Positions 12,620 to 24,060 of a stretch of 64,000 bases of DNA are shown here, piece after piece (positions within the stretch are counted from its first letter, which is position 1; every line of letters begins with the position of its first letter). The notes under the pieces are model-generated. The model saw only the letters and a program-made list of their open reading frames with translations, was not told the DNA's origin and ran no database searches. Made by a program: the position numbers and the translations under genes. This DNA is from Centroscyllium fabricii (taxonomy: Eukaryota), in the NCBI GenBank assembly GCA_051313645.2, contig JBNRSN020000003.1, forward strand, positions 178,746,001 through 178,810,000, written 5' to 3'.

Positions 12620-13400
12620 TAATATGTCCACGTATGTATGGCGAGTGTGTCTGTTTGCATTTGTGGATTTGACTGCACGTGCCCCTTGTGTATATGTATA
12701 GAGAATGGCTGTGTGTCTGCTGTGTCTCTGAATGATGCATTAGCTGTGGAGTTTATGTTTGTGCATGCATCGTTTATCATATCTGTGCCCTGTTATGTAT
12801 ATGCATTTTTATTTATGTATATGTATAATTGTGTCTTGGTGCGTCTCTGTCTCTGTGTGGTTTATGATTTGAGTGGAGTATATGTGTCTGGCGTTTCTCT
12901 GTGTGGTGGGTGACTTGTATGGTTTATGTATGTTTGTCTCTTTACGATGTGACTTGGATGCGTTTACATTTCTATGTGGTGCATGTGCGTTTGTACATGT
13001 GTGTATGTTGTGTATTGATGCATGCAAATGCGTTTCTCATATTTCTATGTGTTTTGTTTTGTTTTTTTCTCTACCAATGGGCACATGCTTGTCGCCTTTC
13101 GGTACTTCGTATAAGTGCCTATCCTTCAATGGCACAAAGGACAATCCACCAAGCCAGTGCAGCTGGAAATCAAATCTGGAATTATTCTGGTTTGTATATC
13201 TCGGCTACTCTCAGGTTTAATCAGCAGAGTCATGTGTTATATGTGTGCCTGGTGTGCTCAGTCTGTGTTGTGTGTGTGTTGTGTGTGTGCATCTCTGCAG
13301 TATGTAATCTGTCTGCGGTGTGGTATGTGCGTGCATATGTGGCAAGTGAACTGTATGTAGTATGGTGTTTATCTGACGACAGTCTGTGTGGTTTTTTCCT
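12620..13400. repeat. TG-rich low-complexity tract
   Basis: Degenerate (TG)n/(TATG)n runs that explain the Cys/Val-rich spurious ORFs here. Confidence 0.7.
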
Positions 13401-15082
13401 CTCCGCTATTTGCCCTTGCCCTACGTGCTCCCTCCCCCACCCGATTTGTTAGACAACACATCAAGAGACAATATTTGCAGAGCAAACGTTTGCTGGAGTA
13501 CGGACCAGGCAAGAAGGGCCTGCACAACAATCAATGTTCCCCATATATATACAGATGTAAGTTTGGGGGCAGGGTGTGCGGAGGGTGCACTTGTACTCAA
13601 ATATCATCTCGTGTTCGCAGCGATCGCCGAATGCCAGCTGGTCTTTCGCCGAAGCGCAACCTGCATGCTTCATTCACATTGTACTCTGAACACATTCTGC
13701 AGAGGTCGTCGCCACTGTTTTCGTAATAGCGTCTTTTCGTTGTGTGTGTGTGTGGTTGATAACAATGTTTCTGTTTGGACATGTTGAGCGTGTTTTATTT
13801 TGAGCCCGTGGCAGTGCATTGAGCAGCGATCATTTCCTCATCCTTCCACTGAGCGTTTCTGCTGCAGAAGGCGGCCGAGTGGGGGATGGGTCCAGGCAAA
13901 GCTCTCACAATAACCTCGCCAGCGTCCGGAAAACCACATTAAAATATGTTTAACATTGAGCCATTGGTGTTTTCTGTTAATAAATCATTCTTATTTGTAC
14001 TGATTCATGTAAGTATCTTGCTAAAACAAAACCCTTTGAAGAGGGAATGTCTCACCCATTAAAATGATTTAAAAAATAAAGTTTTAATATGCGTCTAGCC
14101 AATGAATTGCAATCTATGGTGCACATCGTGATTGATTTATTAAAAATAAAGAGCTGGTCAAGGGAGAGCATGCTGATGGGGCACGTTATCATACGTCGTA
14201 AATCAGTTTTTTTCTCTTATCAGATTATAAACACAGACAATAATGATGTGAGGGAAAGGCTTAGGCTCACAGTTTAATTAGGCACAGATCCCTTTGTTGA
14301 CCTGCTTTGTAATACAAAAATAATAGAATAAACCAGAATGTGTAAAACATTCTTATCAGCAGTTTAGTTTTCTCTCCCCCACCCAAAATAAGAATAGATG
14401 CAGTTTACGTAGACTAATAGGTACACAGATTTGCCGATCACTCATTGCAATCATTTTCAAATATTACGTCTATACATGTCGCTTTTAACATCATCCAGTT
14501 TTATGCAACAAAGTACCAGAAATATATGGCCGCGATTTTTTTGTTTGTTTAACTGTTCGCATGCGAGGGAACATAAATCATTCTTAATGGTATTGATTCT
14601 TGAAAGATAGTAGTTTCTTATTTGTCCTTTAATTTATGTCTTCACAGGATAATTTATGTGCCACAAACGTTTTTGTGGCTTTACTTCTGTCGCTGCATGT
14701 GTGTACACAGACGCACACAGATATATCACATATGATGTAAACATAGATTGCAATCATATTATGAAGAGTTATAGAACGTTATAGTACAAAAACATGCCAT
14801 CCCATCCATCAAATCTACACCTGGATTTTACTCCAGATGAGTCACCTAGTATACTCTCAATTTCCATTTGCTCATTCCCCACATCCTTTAATATTAATTT
14901 ATTTCTTAATCAGCTATTTCCCTTAATTTATTAATACTCTTTCAACAATAATTTGTGTCAGACAATTCCACATTAGAACCACCCTCTGTGTAAAGAATTT
15001 AGTTTCTAATCTCCCCTGTAAAGTATCACATTATCGACTCCCATTTGCCTGTCTTCTGGGTTTGAGTGAGCTCCGCAACACC

Positions 15083-15376
15083 TAATAATAATAATAATTC
15101 AACTTTATTGTCATTATACAATGTACAAGTACATGAATAACGAAATGTGATCTTGCAAGCTCCCAGGAGTCCAGCAAAGCCGCTGCGTCTGTGTGCGCCG
15201 CCATTCCATCTTTCCATCATTCTGACAATCTTCAGCCAACCGCCCCTCCCCGGGGCTCCTTTCGTGACCTTCTGCACCTGGTATTCCCTGATGGTCACCC
15301 ATCCAAGTACTAACCAGGCCTGGCTCTGCTTAGCTTCCAAGCCTTAGCCAGTGACCCTGTCCCTAGTCCCAGGAAC
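15083..15376 (-). mobile_element. 5S rRNA-derived SINE (SINE3-like) with Rex1/Babar-type 3' tail, copy 1
   Basis: The minus strand contains GGAAGCTAAGCAGAGCCAGGCCTGGTTAGTACTTGGATGGGTGACCATCAGGGAATACCAGGTGC (5S internal control region) and ends AATGACAATAAAGTTGAA(TTA)n. Confidence 0.8.
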
Positions 15377-15429
15377 CTGCCAGAAGTAAACCTGGAGATC
15401 CTGACTCTCCACCCTCATGAATTCATTGT

Positions 15430-16038
15430 GTAAGAAGTCACACAACACCAGATTATAGTCCAACAATTTTATTTTAAATCACAAGCTTTCCGAGCTTTTG
15501 CCCCTTCGTCGGGTGAAAGAGAGAGACTGACTTAAAGAGCGCACATATGTGATGATGGGAGAAATCCGATATCTCCCACATCTCACCTCAGTAGAGATAG
15601 ACACACAAAGGCTTATTAACATATTTTAAGTGTTTCATTTAAACATAGCATATAGAGAGATAACAATGTGGTCTCTCCAGTTGTTTCACATCACACCTCA
15701 GCTGAGGGACATGATGTCCCTCAGCTGAGGTGTGATGTGAAACAACTGGAGAGACCACATTGTTATCTCTCTCTATATATGTTATGTTTAAATGAAACAC
15801 TTAAAATATGTTAATAAGCCTTTGTGTGTCTATCTCTACTGAGGCGAGATGTGGGAGATATCGGATTTCTCCCATCATCACATATGTGCGTTCTTTAAGT
15901 CAGTCTCTCTCTTTCACCTGACGAAGGGGCAAAAGCGCCGAAAGCTTGTGATTTAAAATAAAACTGTTGGACTATAATCTGGTGTTGTGTGACTTCTTGC
16001 ATTTGTCCACCCCAGTCCAACACCGGCACCTCCACATT
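15430..16038 (+). mobile_element. Penelope-type inverted pLTR pair (~570-bp hairpin) plus 3' tail, with a hammerhead motif in each arm
   Basis: Arms 15430-15712 and 15714-~16000 are near-perfect reverse complements around a single G (GGGACAT-G-ATGTCCC). TSD ATGAATTCATTGT (15417-15429 / 16039-16051). Confidence 0.85.
15914..15951 (+). ncRNA. Minimal type I hammerhead ribozyme motif
   Basis: TCAC-CTGACGA-A-GGGGC-AAAA-GCGCC-GAAA-GC-TT-GTGA shows stem I TCAC/GTGA, the CUGANGA core, stem II, GAAA and a palindromic AAGCTT helix-III region. This copy has one stem II mismatch. Confidence 0.7.
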
Positions 16039-17627
16039 ATGAATTCATTGTACCAGCAAAATGGCTCTGGGGTTTTAGTCTATGAACCAAAGTGTCCAAG
16101 ACAACATAAAATGGCTTCAGGCCCAAATATATTTTTTCCTGATTTATACTCAAATACTGTATTGCATATCTTACAGCAGTTGAAATTCCAAGTTAATGGA
16201 CTCGACTGCGTTCAACAACCAGATTTGTGCACCAGAGGGGTGACTCAGTAATCTGGTGTCCTCAGCGACACTCACATTGAGCGCACCTTGGGAAACAATT
16301 AATTCCTTTGCCACTTTGTCAATTGGTTCAATGTAATTGAAACAAAAATCCCATTCAGTTCTCATAAACAGCTGTTGACTGATGTTACCGGAAATATTTT
16401 TTATTAAACATTACTGTCTTCTGAACCTGTAAATAAAAAAATATATAACTTGTCTTATTTTTATGTATTGCTGCTTTGCATATTAATTTTAAATGTGACA
16501 GTCTATAATAGTGTAATGATTTAGAAAATATGAAGAAAATAATACTTTCCTTTGAGGTTTTTATCATCTTTGTTTTCAATACATTTTCTGTTGTATTTTA
16601 AACATGTTTATTTTTAAAATTCAGTTTAAAATTAATATTTTATTTTGCATTCCTATCTTTCTTGGACTACAGTAGATTCTGGAAAAAGTGGCAATAGGCT
16701 TACTCAAATTTCAGTTTTGAGGAAGATCTTTCACACCCCAAAGCTACATTTACAGGCTCTGAAGCAGTTTGATTTGAAGCCAGCCAGTGTAAATGCTATT
16801 TGAATCGCACATCTCTTCACTGCAGTACAACTCCAACTACATATTAGATTGTAAATGCATATTGCCCGCAAGTGCTGTCTGAACCCGGTGACACACCACA
16901 TGGTGCAATAAACCAGATACTTTTTCTTTCCGTTTCTGCGTTTTCCTTCTCAGTATCAGCATTCAACATGTCCAGTTATACTCTTATGCAACCAAATGCA
17001 GAATAAAGCTGACTTTACTCTGCCCCAATAATGCTTTGACCCAATCATCGAAAATCATCCTCTGCTTTACCCCTGTGAATTTTTAGCAATCATCTTTTAT
17101 GATTTCTCTTGGCATTTTAATGTCAATTTGTCCTGAATTGTGACCAGTTTATATTGTAGAGCTGCCCACTAGAAATCAAGAAGAGAGTGACCAAACTCTA
17201 TTCCCATAGGACCCTTGCTGCTGGCAGGCAGAGATTTGTATCTTACCAATCTGAGCTGGATTTAAATATAGGTTGCAGAGATGGAAAGACATCATGCTAA
17301 CCAACTAAAACACTTATTCTCCACGCACTTGTAAAGCTACAGGAGGAACAACAACTTGTACTGATATCGTGCCTTTCATGTGACAAACATTCCAAGGCAT
17401 TTTACAGGAGATCAAGGGATACTAAGCAGGAAATGGGAGAGCAATTAGGGGAGGTGACTGACAGAAGATATGGTTGAAGAGGTATGTTTTGAGGAGGCTT
17501 TTGAAATGGGGAGGTTTAGGAAGAGAGTTCCAGAATGCAGGGCGTGGTCCCTGGAGACACTGGCACTGATAGTAGAGGGAGGAGAGGACATACCATTGAT
17601 GAGTCAGAAGAACAGAGGATGCATAAT

Positions 17628-17962
17628 AGATGGCATGGTGGCATAGTGGTTAGCACTGTTGCCTCACAGCACTAGAGACCCGGGTTCAAATCCAGCCTCA
17701 GGTACTATCTGTGTGGAGTTTGCACATTCTCTCTGTGTCTGCGTGGGTTTCCTCCGGGTGCTCCGGTTTCCTCCCACAGTCCAAAGATGTGCGGGTTAGG
17801 TTGATTGGCCAGGATAAATTGACCCTTAGTGTTAGGATGATTGAATATGTGGGGTTACGGGGACAGGGTGGGATATGTGTCGGTGCAGGCTCGAGAGGGA
17901 TGTGGGGACAAGGGAGGGACGGGGTACTGGGTTTGGATTATCAGCCATGATCTCATTGAATG
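17628..17962 (+). mobile_element. tRNA-derived V-SINE (HE1-like), 3'-truncated
   Basis: A box TGGCATAGTGGTT, B box GGTTCAAATCC, V-domain TGTGTGGAGTTTGCACATTCTC..TCCGGTTTCCTCCCACAGTCCAAAGA, followed by the start of a CR1-like tail. Confidence 0.85.
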
Positions 17963-20122
17963 GACGTCGAGAATGACGTCATCAGGCCGCGCGGTGCTTG
18001 GCAGGCGCAATTGGGCAGCACCCACCGTTTTGCCCCTGGGCATTGCCCATGCCAGCTTTCCCCGGCCGAACCAGCAGCGCTCGAACGCTGCTTAAATGGA
18101 AGTGCGACGGTCGACCATTTTTATTGCTGGCTGACCGCCAGCAGCTTCCCCCTCAGCCTCTCCCGGCCTCCCCTGCTGCTCCCCTGGCAGGGTGAGGCCT
18201 CCATCAACTGAGCCCGGCACTTCCCCTGACTGCCGGGCTCGTTCTCCGCTTCCCGGTCCCTCGGCGGCCCCGCGGGGCTCTGGCCGCAGCCACGCTAGGC
18301 CCCTCCCCTTTAATGGGGGAGGAAGCCTGCCTTTCAATTCAATTCCATTTTTTATTGTCATTGCAGTATAATAGTACAATACAATGAAACGCAGACTCGC
18401 CGCTCCCGAGAGTAGTGCAAATAAGTTACCTAGCATGGGTTGCATACAAAAAAGTGCATTTCAAGTGTTTTTTTCAAATGGAGTTTTTTTGTTAGAGTTC
18501 AGGAGGCTGACAGCCCTGGGGAAGAAGCTGTTCTTAAATCTAGTCGTGCGGGTGCGAATTGATCTGTAGCGTCTCCCGGAGGGCAGGGGGGCGAACAGAC
18601 TATGGCTGGGGTGTGTGGGGTCTTTAATAATGTTCAGAGACCTCCATAGGCAGCGTTTCAGGTAGGTGCTTTCAATTGATGGTAGCTGGGTGCCGGTGAT
18701 TCGTTGGGCAGTTTTGACTACCCGCTGCAGGGCCTTCCGGTCCAAGATGGTGCAGTTTCCATACCAGACTGTGATGCAGCTTGTCAGTATGCTTTCGATT
18801 GTGCAGCGGTAGAAGTTGCTGAGGATGCCGGCTGTCAGCTTGGCTTTTTTGAGCTTCCTTAGGAAGTACAGGCGCCGTTGGGCCTTCTTGATCAGAGAGG
18901 AGGTATTTAGTGACCAGGAGAGGTCTTCCGAGATGTGGACCCCGAGGAACTTGAAGCTGGACACCCTTTCCACCTCAGCCCCTTCGATGAAGATGGGGGG
19001 GTGTCTTCCGCCTTTAGTCTTCCGGAAGGCCACCATGATCTCCTTGGTTTTCTTGGTGTTTAGTGCCAGATTGTTGTCGGCACACCATCCCACAAGGCAC
19101 TGAATCTCATCCCTGTAGGCTGACTCATCGCTGTTGGTGATCTGGCCAACCACCGTGGTGTTGTCCGCAAACTTGATGATCTTGTTGGAGAAGTGAACAG
19201 CCACACAGTCGTGGGTAAAGAGGGAATAGAGGAGGGGGCTCAGCACACAGCCTTGTGGGGCCCCTGTGTTCAGGGTAAGGGGGGGTGGGGAGGTGAGGTT
19301 GCCTAACTTCACAGACTGGTCTGTTGGTTAGGAAGTCCAGGGTCCAGTTGCAGAGGGAGGTGTTCAGGCCAAGGGTGAGGAGTTTGGTCGACAACTTGCT
19401 GGGGACGATAGTGTTGAATGCTGAGCTGTAGTCTATGAACAGCATTCTGATATAGGTTTCTTTGCTATCCAGGTGGTTTAGTGCAGAGTGAAGAGCCGTT
19501 GTGATTGCATCTTCCGTTGATCTGTTTCCTCTATAGGCGAACTGGCATTGGTCGAGGGCGGCGGGGACGCTGGCTTTGATGTGGGCCAGGACCAGCCACT
19601 CAAAACACTTCATGATTATGGGTGTGAGTGCGACAGGGCGGTAGTCGTTCAGGCACGTCACAGCCATTTTCTTGGGCACAGGGATGATGGTGGCGGTCTT
19701 GAAGCAGGTAGGGACAGCTGCCTTAGCCAGTGACAGGTTGAAGATGTCGGTGAAGACCTCAGCCAGTTGGTCGGCACAGTCTTTGAGTGCCCGGCCAGGG
19801 ATGCCGTCAGGACCCGCGGCCTTCCGTGCGTTCACTCCACGTAGAGCACCTCTTACGTCGGAGGAGGACAGTATTAGTAAGTGGTCGTCCGGAGATGGCG
19901 AGACTTTGGTGCGGGCTGCCGCTGCGGCCTCACTCACGCAGCGCTGCCCCAACACATGGATATTCGGCCGCCTCGCACCAAAAGCGAGGCGGCCCACCCG
20001 ATTCACCGCCCACCCCCCATAATGGGCGATGTGGGCCAATATCGGCATTTTTAGTGCCAGTGAAAAATAGCGCATTGCCCGGGTCAGCTCCACAAAATGT
20101 GTGCTGACCAATTTCTCCCCCA
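17963..20122. repeat. GC-rich interspersed repeat (ending AATTTCTCCCCC) split by the Rex1 insertion
   Basis: GC-rich non-coding blocks at 17963-18332 and ~19920-20122 flank the LINE. The terminus resembles those of the GC-rich TIR elements at 48.5, 51.8 and 59.8 kb. Confidence 0.4.
18333..19920 (-). mobile_element. Rex1/Babar-clade LINE, 5'-truncated, RT frameshifted near 19315
   Basis: [61 protein letters not shown](N)TT, PSGRRYRSIRTRTTRFKNSFFPRA; tail AATGACAATAAA..(TTGAA)n. Confidence 0.9.
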
Positions 20123-20224
20123 TAATACTGGGGAGAGGGAATTCCAAGGATAGATAGCATGATTTAGAGCAGGATAAAATGGGCATCAATGTTCTGGATG
20201 AGTTGCCGATTAAGTACGGTAGAA

Positions 20225-20485
20225 TTTGGGAACCTAGTGAGGAAAATCAAGCCTTGAAATGATGAAGGCATGGATGAGTGCTTCAGTGGAGGTGGACATG
20301 CAATGGGGATGAAGGCAGATGATATTTTGCAGATCTAAGTCTACAGTCTTGATAAGAGACTGGATGTGAGGTTTTAAGCTCTGCTCGTGGTCGAGCAGGA
20401 TTTCAAGGTTGTGCACTATCAGGTTCAGCCTGAGAAGCAATCCGGGAGGAGGAATGGAATCAATGACTAAGGAGTCAAACATGAT
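20225..20485 (-). mobile_element. L2 LINE fragment
   Basis: [35 protein letters not shown] is an L2 ORF2 C-terminal motif. Confidence 0.65.
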
Positions 20486-20956
20486 TAATTCAACACTGGC
20501 AAGATAGAATCAGAGAAAATGATAACATTATTTCCATTCCTTAATTACTAAGTCTTAGCTGTCTTTTCACTCAGCACATGAGATAGCTAGCTGTAATGTG
20601 GTCGCTAACTGTTACGCAGTAAGTAACCAATACTAAAGAATGTCACCTGACACCAATCTTTTAATTCAGATTTATTTGCAGCTCTTTAATCACCATGCAT
20701 TTCACACCTTGCTCATTATACTTGCTAAACTGCACTCAGAGTTTCTGCAAATCCAGTTGAGGAGTTGCACCTATGGAGTTCGATAATCCCTATTCATTTC
20801 ACACCCTGCATTTATATAGCGTCTTTCACATAGTAAAACACCATGCACAGGTGAATTGTATAAGGTATGAAATACATGGGGATTAAGCTGCTGCACATCA
20901 GCGAGGATAAGAAGATTGGTGTCACTTGGATTTAGTACAGCGTATTGATAAACCTC

Positions 20957-22935
20957 TTCTCTCTCTCTCTCTCTTAGGCAGTCCCTTGGAACCGAGGATG
21001 ACTTGCTTCCACATTAAAAATGAGTTTGCAGGTGACTGATGAGTCCAATGTGGGGCCTACAGTCTCTGTCACAGGTGGGGCAGACGGTGGTTAAAGGGGC
21101 GAGTGGGTGTTTTTTTTGGGTTGATCTGTGCTCCTTGTACTGCCTGCGCTTGGCTTCCGCTTGCTCCCGACGAAGAGACTCGAGGTGTTCGGCGCCTTCC
21201 CAGATGCTTCAAGTTCAAGTTCAATTTTATTGTCACATGTACTAAATACAATCTAGACAGCAAAATGTTTACTGCGATCCGAACGCACTGCGCAACAACC
21301 GCGCAACAAGGACATTAAGCTGCCCAGCAAGCACGGAGCCCGCAAGACGTCAGCCATTCTCCTGCGCCATCATCGTGGGTCCCATTCCTGCTCCGGCTAC
21401 TCAGTTTGGTGTTAATTGTCCTCTACCGCTCCATTAACCTGTTCTGCTGCTGTTTCTTCCGTTGTTTCTCATGACTTGACTCCTTTCGGCCCGACACCAT
21501 GCCGGCTCCCCCGAATCCATGGAGCTCCGAACTCCAGGAGCAGCGTCCTAAGGCCTGAGGCCTAGCTCTCTTCCAGACGCTTCTCCATTTTGTGTGGTCT
21601 TGGGCCAGAGATTCCCAGGTGTTGGTGGGGATGTTACACTTTTGCAAGGAGGCTTTGAGGGTGTCTTTGAAGCATTTCCTCTCCCCACCTGGGGCTCTCT
21701 TGCTATGCTGGAGCTCCAAGTAGAGCACTTGTTTTGGGAGTCTCGTATTGGGCATGCGGACAATGTGACCCCTCCATCTGAGCTGATTGAGCGTGGTCAA
21801 AGATTCGATGCTGGGGATGTTGGCCTGAGCAAGAACACTGACGTTGGTGCGCCTATCCTGCCAATGGATTTGCAAGAGCTTGCGGAGGCAGCATTGGTGA
21901 TACCTCTCCAGTACTTTGAGGTGCCCGCTGCACATGGTCCATGTCTCTGAGGCATACAGCAGGGCGGGTATCACTGCTGCTCTGTAGACCATGAACTTCG
22001 TGCCAGGTTTGAGGTTCTGGTCTTCAAACACTCTGTTCCTCAGGTGACCGAAGGCTGCACTGGCACACTGAAGGCAGTGTTGGACTTTGTCTCCTACGTC
22101 TGCCCTTGTTGACAGTAGGCTCCCAAGGTATGGAAAGTGGTCCATGTTATCCAAGGTCTTGTTGTGGATTTTGATAATTGGGGGCAGTAATGTGTGGCGG
22201 GGGCAGGTTGATAGAGGAACTTTGTCTTACAGATGTTTAGTGTAAGGCCTATGCTCTCCTACGCTTCGGTGAAGGTGTTGAGGATGGTTTGGAGTTTGAC
22301 CTCCAAGTGAGCGCAGACGCAAGCGTCATCTGCATTCTGTAATTCGACGACAGAGGATGGGATGACCTTGGATCTGGACTGGAGACAACGGAGGTTGAAC
22401 AGTTTGTCGTTTGTTCTGTAAATTAGCTGCACTCCAGCGGGGAGCTAACTGAGGGTGAGATGGAGCATTGCAGCAAGAAAGATCGAGAAGAGCGTTGGTG
22501 GGATGACACAGCCTTGCTTGACCCCGGTTCAAACGTGAATTGGGTCTGTGGTGGAACCGTTGGTTAGGATCACGGCTTGTATGTCATCGTTGAGCAGGTG
22601 GAGGATAGTGACAAACTTTTGAGGGAAGCCGAATTTGAGGAGGAAACTCCATAATCCCTCACGGTTGACAGTGGCGAAGGCCTTTGTGAGATCAAAGAAG
22701 GCCATGTACAGCAGTTGGTGCTGTTCCCTGCATTTCTCTTGGAATTGATGTGCAGTGAGGATCATGTCCATTGTGCCTCTGAGTGGGCAGAATCCGCATT
22801 GTGACTCTGGGAGGAGCTCTTCGGTCACTGGGAGAAAGTGATTGAGGAGGATTCTTGCGATGACTTTCCCTGTGGCAGACAGCAGGGAAACTCATCTGTA
22901 ATTACCGCAATCGGATTTGTCACCTTTCTTGAATA
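20957..22935 (-). mobile_element. RTE-clade LINE (degenerate RT and 3' end), interrupted at 21209-21555
   Basis: LLPESQCGF..GTMDMI..EKCREQHQLLYMAFFDLTKAF, FPYLGSLLS, LYASETWT, RLPKQVLY; (GA)n tail. Confidence 0.85.
21209..21555 (-). mobile_element. Non-coding retroposon with Rex1-type tail inserted in the RTE
   Basis: Tail ..TAGTACATGTGACAATAAAATTG(AACTTG)n; the body resembles 47797-~48200. Confidence 0.55.
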
Positions 22936-23244
22936 TCAGTGATAAACCAATTATTGGTTCAAAGGCAATTACAATTGGAAACTGGATGGGGATGGAAAAT
23001 GTAGCAAGGGAAAAATCAGCAGTGTGTGCTAAATTTCACATAAATTCCATGGCTGTGGAACTGCAGAGCACTCGAGGTCCTCCTGATTGTAAAATTCTCT
23101 AAAATATGTGGACCAATAGTAGCCCTCACCCACCTCACCTCCCAATACCAATGTAAACAATCAATAGAATTGTCCCAATCCAGCAAGATCTGCTTATGTG
23201 GATCCAGAGCAAGGAGTACGTCTTCTTAGAAACATAGAAACATA

Positions 23245-24060
23245 GACAGTCCCTCGGAACCGAGGATCACTTGCTTCCACATTAAAAATGAGTTTGCAAG
23301 TGACTGATGATGTAATGGGTGTAGGTTGGGCCCAAATGCAATACACCGAAACAGCAGATGTAGAAGTATACTTTATTTATGAGCAGTAGAAGACACTGGT
23401 AACAGTGGGTCAATATATAGGCAGAAAGTTCACGGAGGCAACAAGTCCAAAACAGAGGTCAGGCAGAAGAGAATTCAAATACCAAAAACAGATCCATTCC
23501 GGGTAGTCAGTCCACGAAAGCAACAAATCCAAATGGGGTCAGGCAGAAGAGAATCCAAATTCCAAAAACAGATCAATACCGGGTAGTCAGTCCACGAAAG
23601 CGACAAGTCCAAATGGGGTCAGGCAGAAGAGAGTCCACAGTCAAGAAAGTAGGTCAGTATCTTGAACAGGCAGGATCAGAGAGCTAAGAACAAACACAGG
23701 TTACCTCAGTCAGAAAGCACAAAAACAATCTGGCAACCAATGGGTAGAAAACAGGGGTTTAAATACAGCTCCTGATTGTCACTGGTGACTCTGGACTGTT
23801 AAATCATGTGCGAGCAGTAGAGCTAACAAGGTGGTTGCCAAGCAGAGCTAATAAGGTAGTTGCCAGTTAAAGAGGAAGAGCCAACCTATGACAGATGAGT
23901 CCAATGCGGGACCTATAGTCGCTGTCACAGGTGGGGCAGACGGTGGTTAAAGGGATGGGTGGGTGGGGTGCTTGGGTTGACGTGCGCTCCTTGCGCTTGG
24001 CTTCCGCTTGCTCCAGGTGAAGAGACTCAAGGTGTTCGGCGCCTTCCCGGATGCTTCTCC
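23245..24060 (-). mobile_element. RTE 3' end fragment carrying a solo LTR
   Basis: The sequence matches 20975-21205 (CAGTCCC..GGAACCGAGGAT..ACTTGCTTCCACATTAAAAATGAG; CPTC..RSRIGL) and is split at GATGA. Confidence 0.8.
23311..23893 (-). mobile_element. Solo LTR related to the chromovirus LTRs at 40801 and 45825
   Basis: TGTAA..TGACA ends, 5-bp TSD GATGA, shared segments GTAGGTTGGGCCCAAATGCAATACACCGAAA and CCAACCTATGACA, internal ~78-bp tandem repeats. Confidence 0.9.

Noticed and set aside
12523-13787. Cys/Val/His-rich ORFs
   Set aside because: These are translations of TG-rich low-complexity DNA.
15270-15345. 5S rRNA gene
   Set aside because: Only the 3' half matches, it is diverged, it lacks an oligo-T terminator, and it is embedded in a repeated SINE body.
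17628-17705. tRNA gene (also at 59221)
   Set aside because: The A and B boxes belong to the SINE head and run straight into the V-domain.
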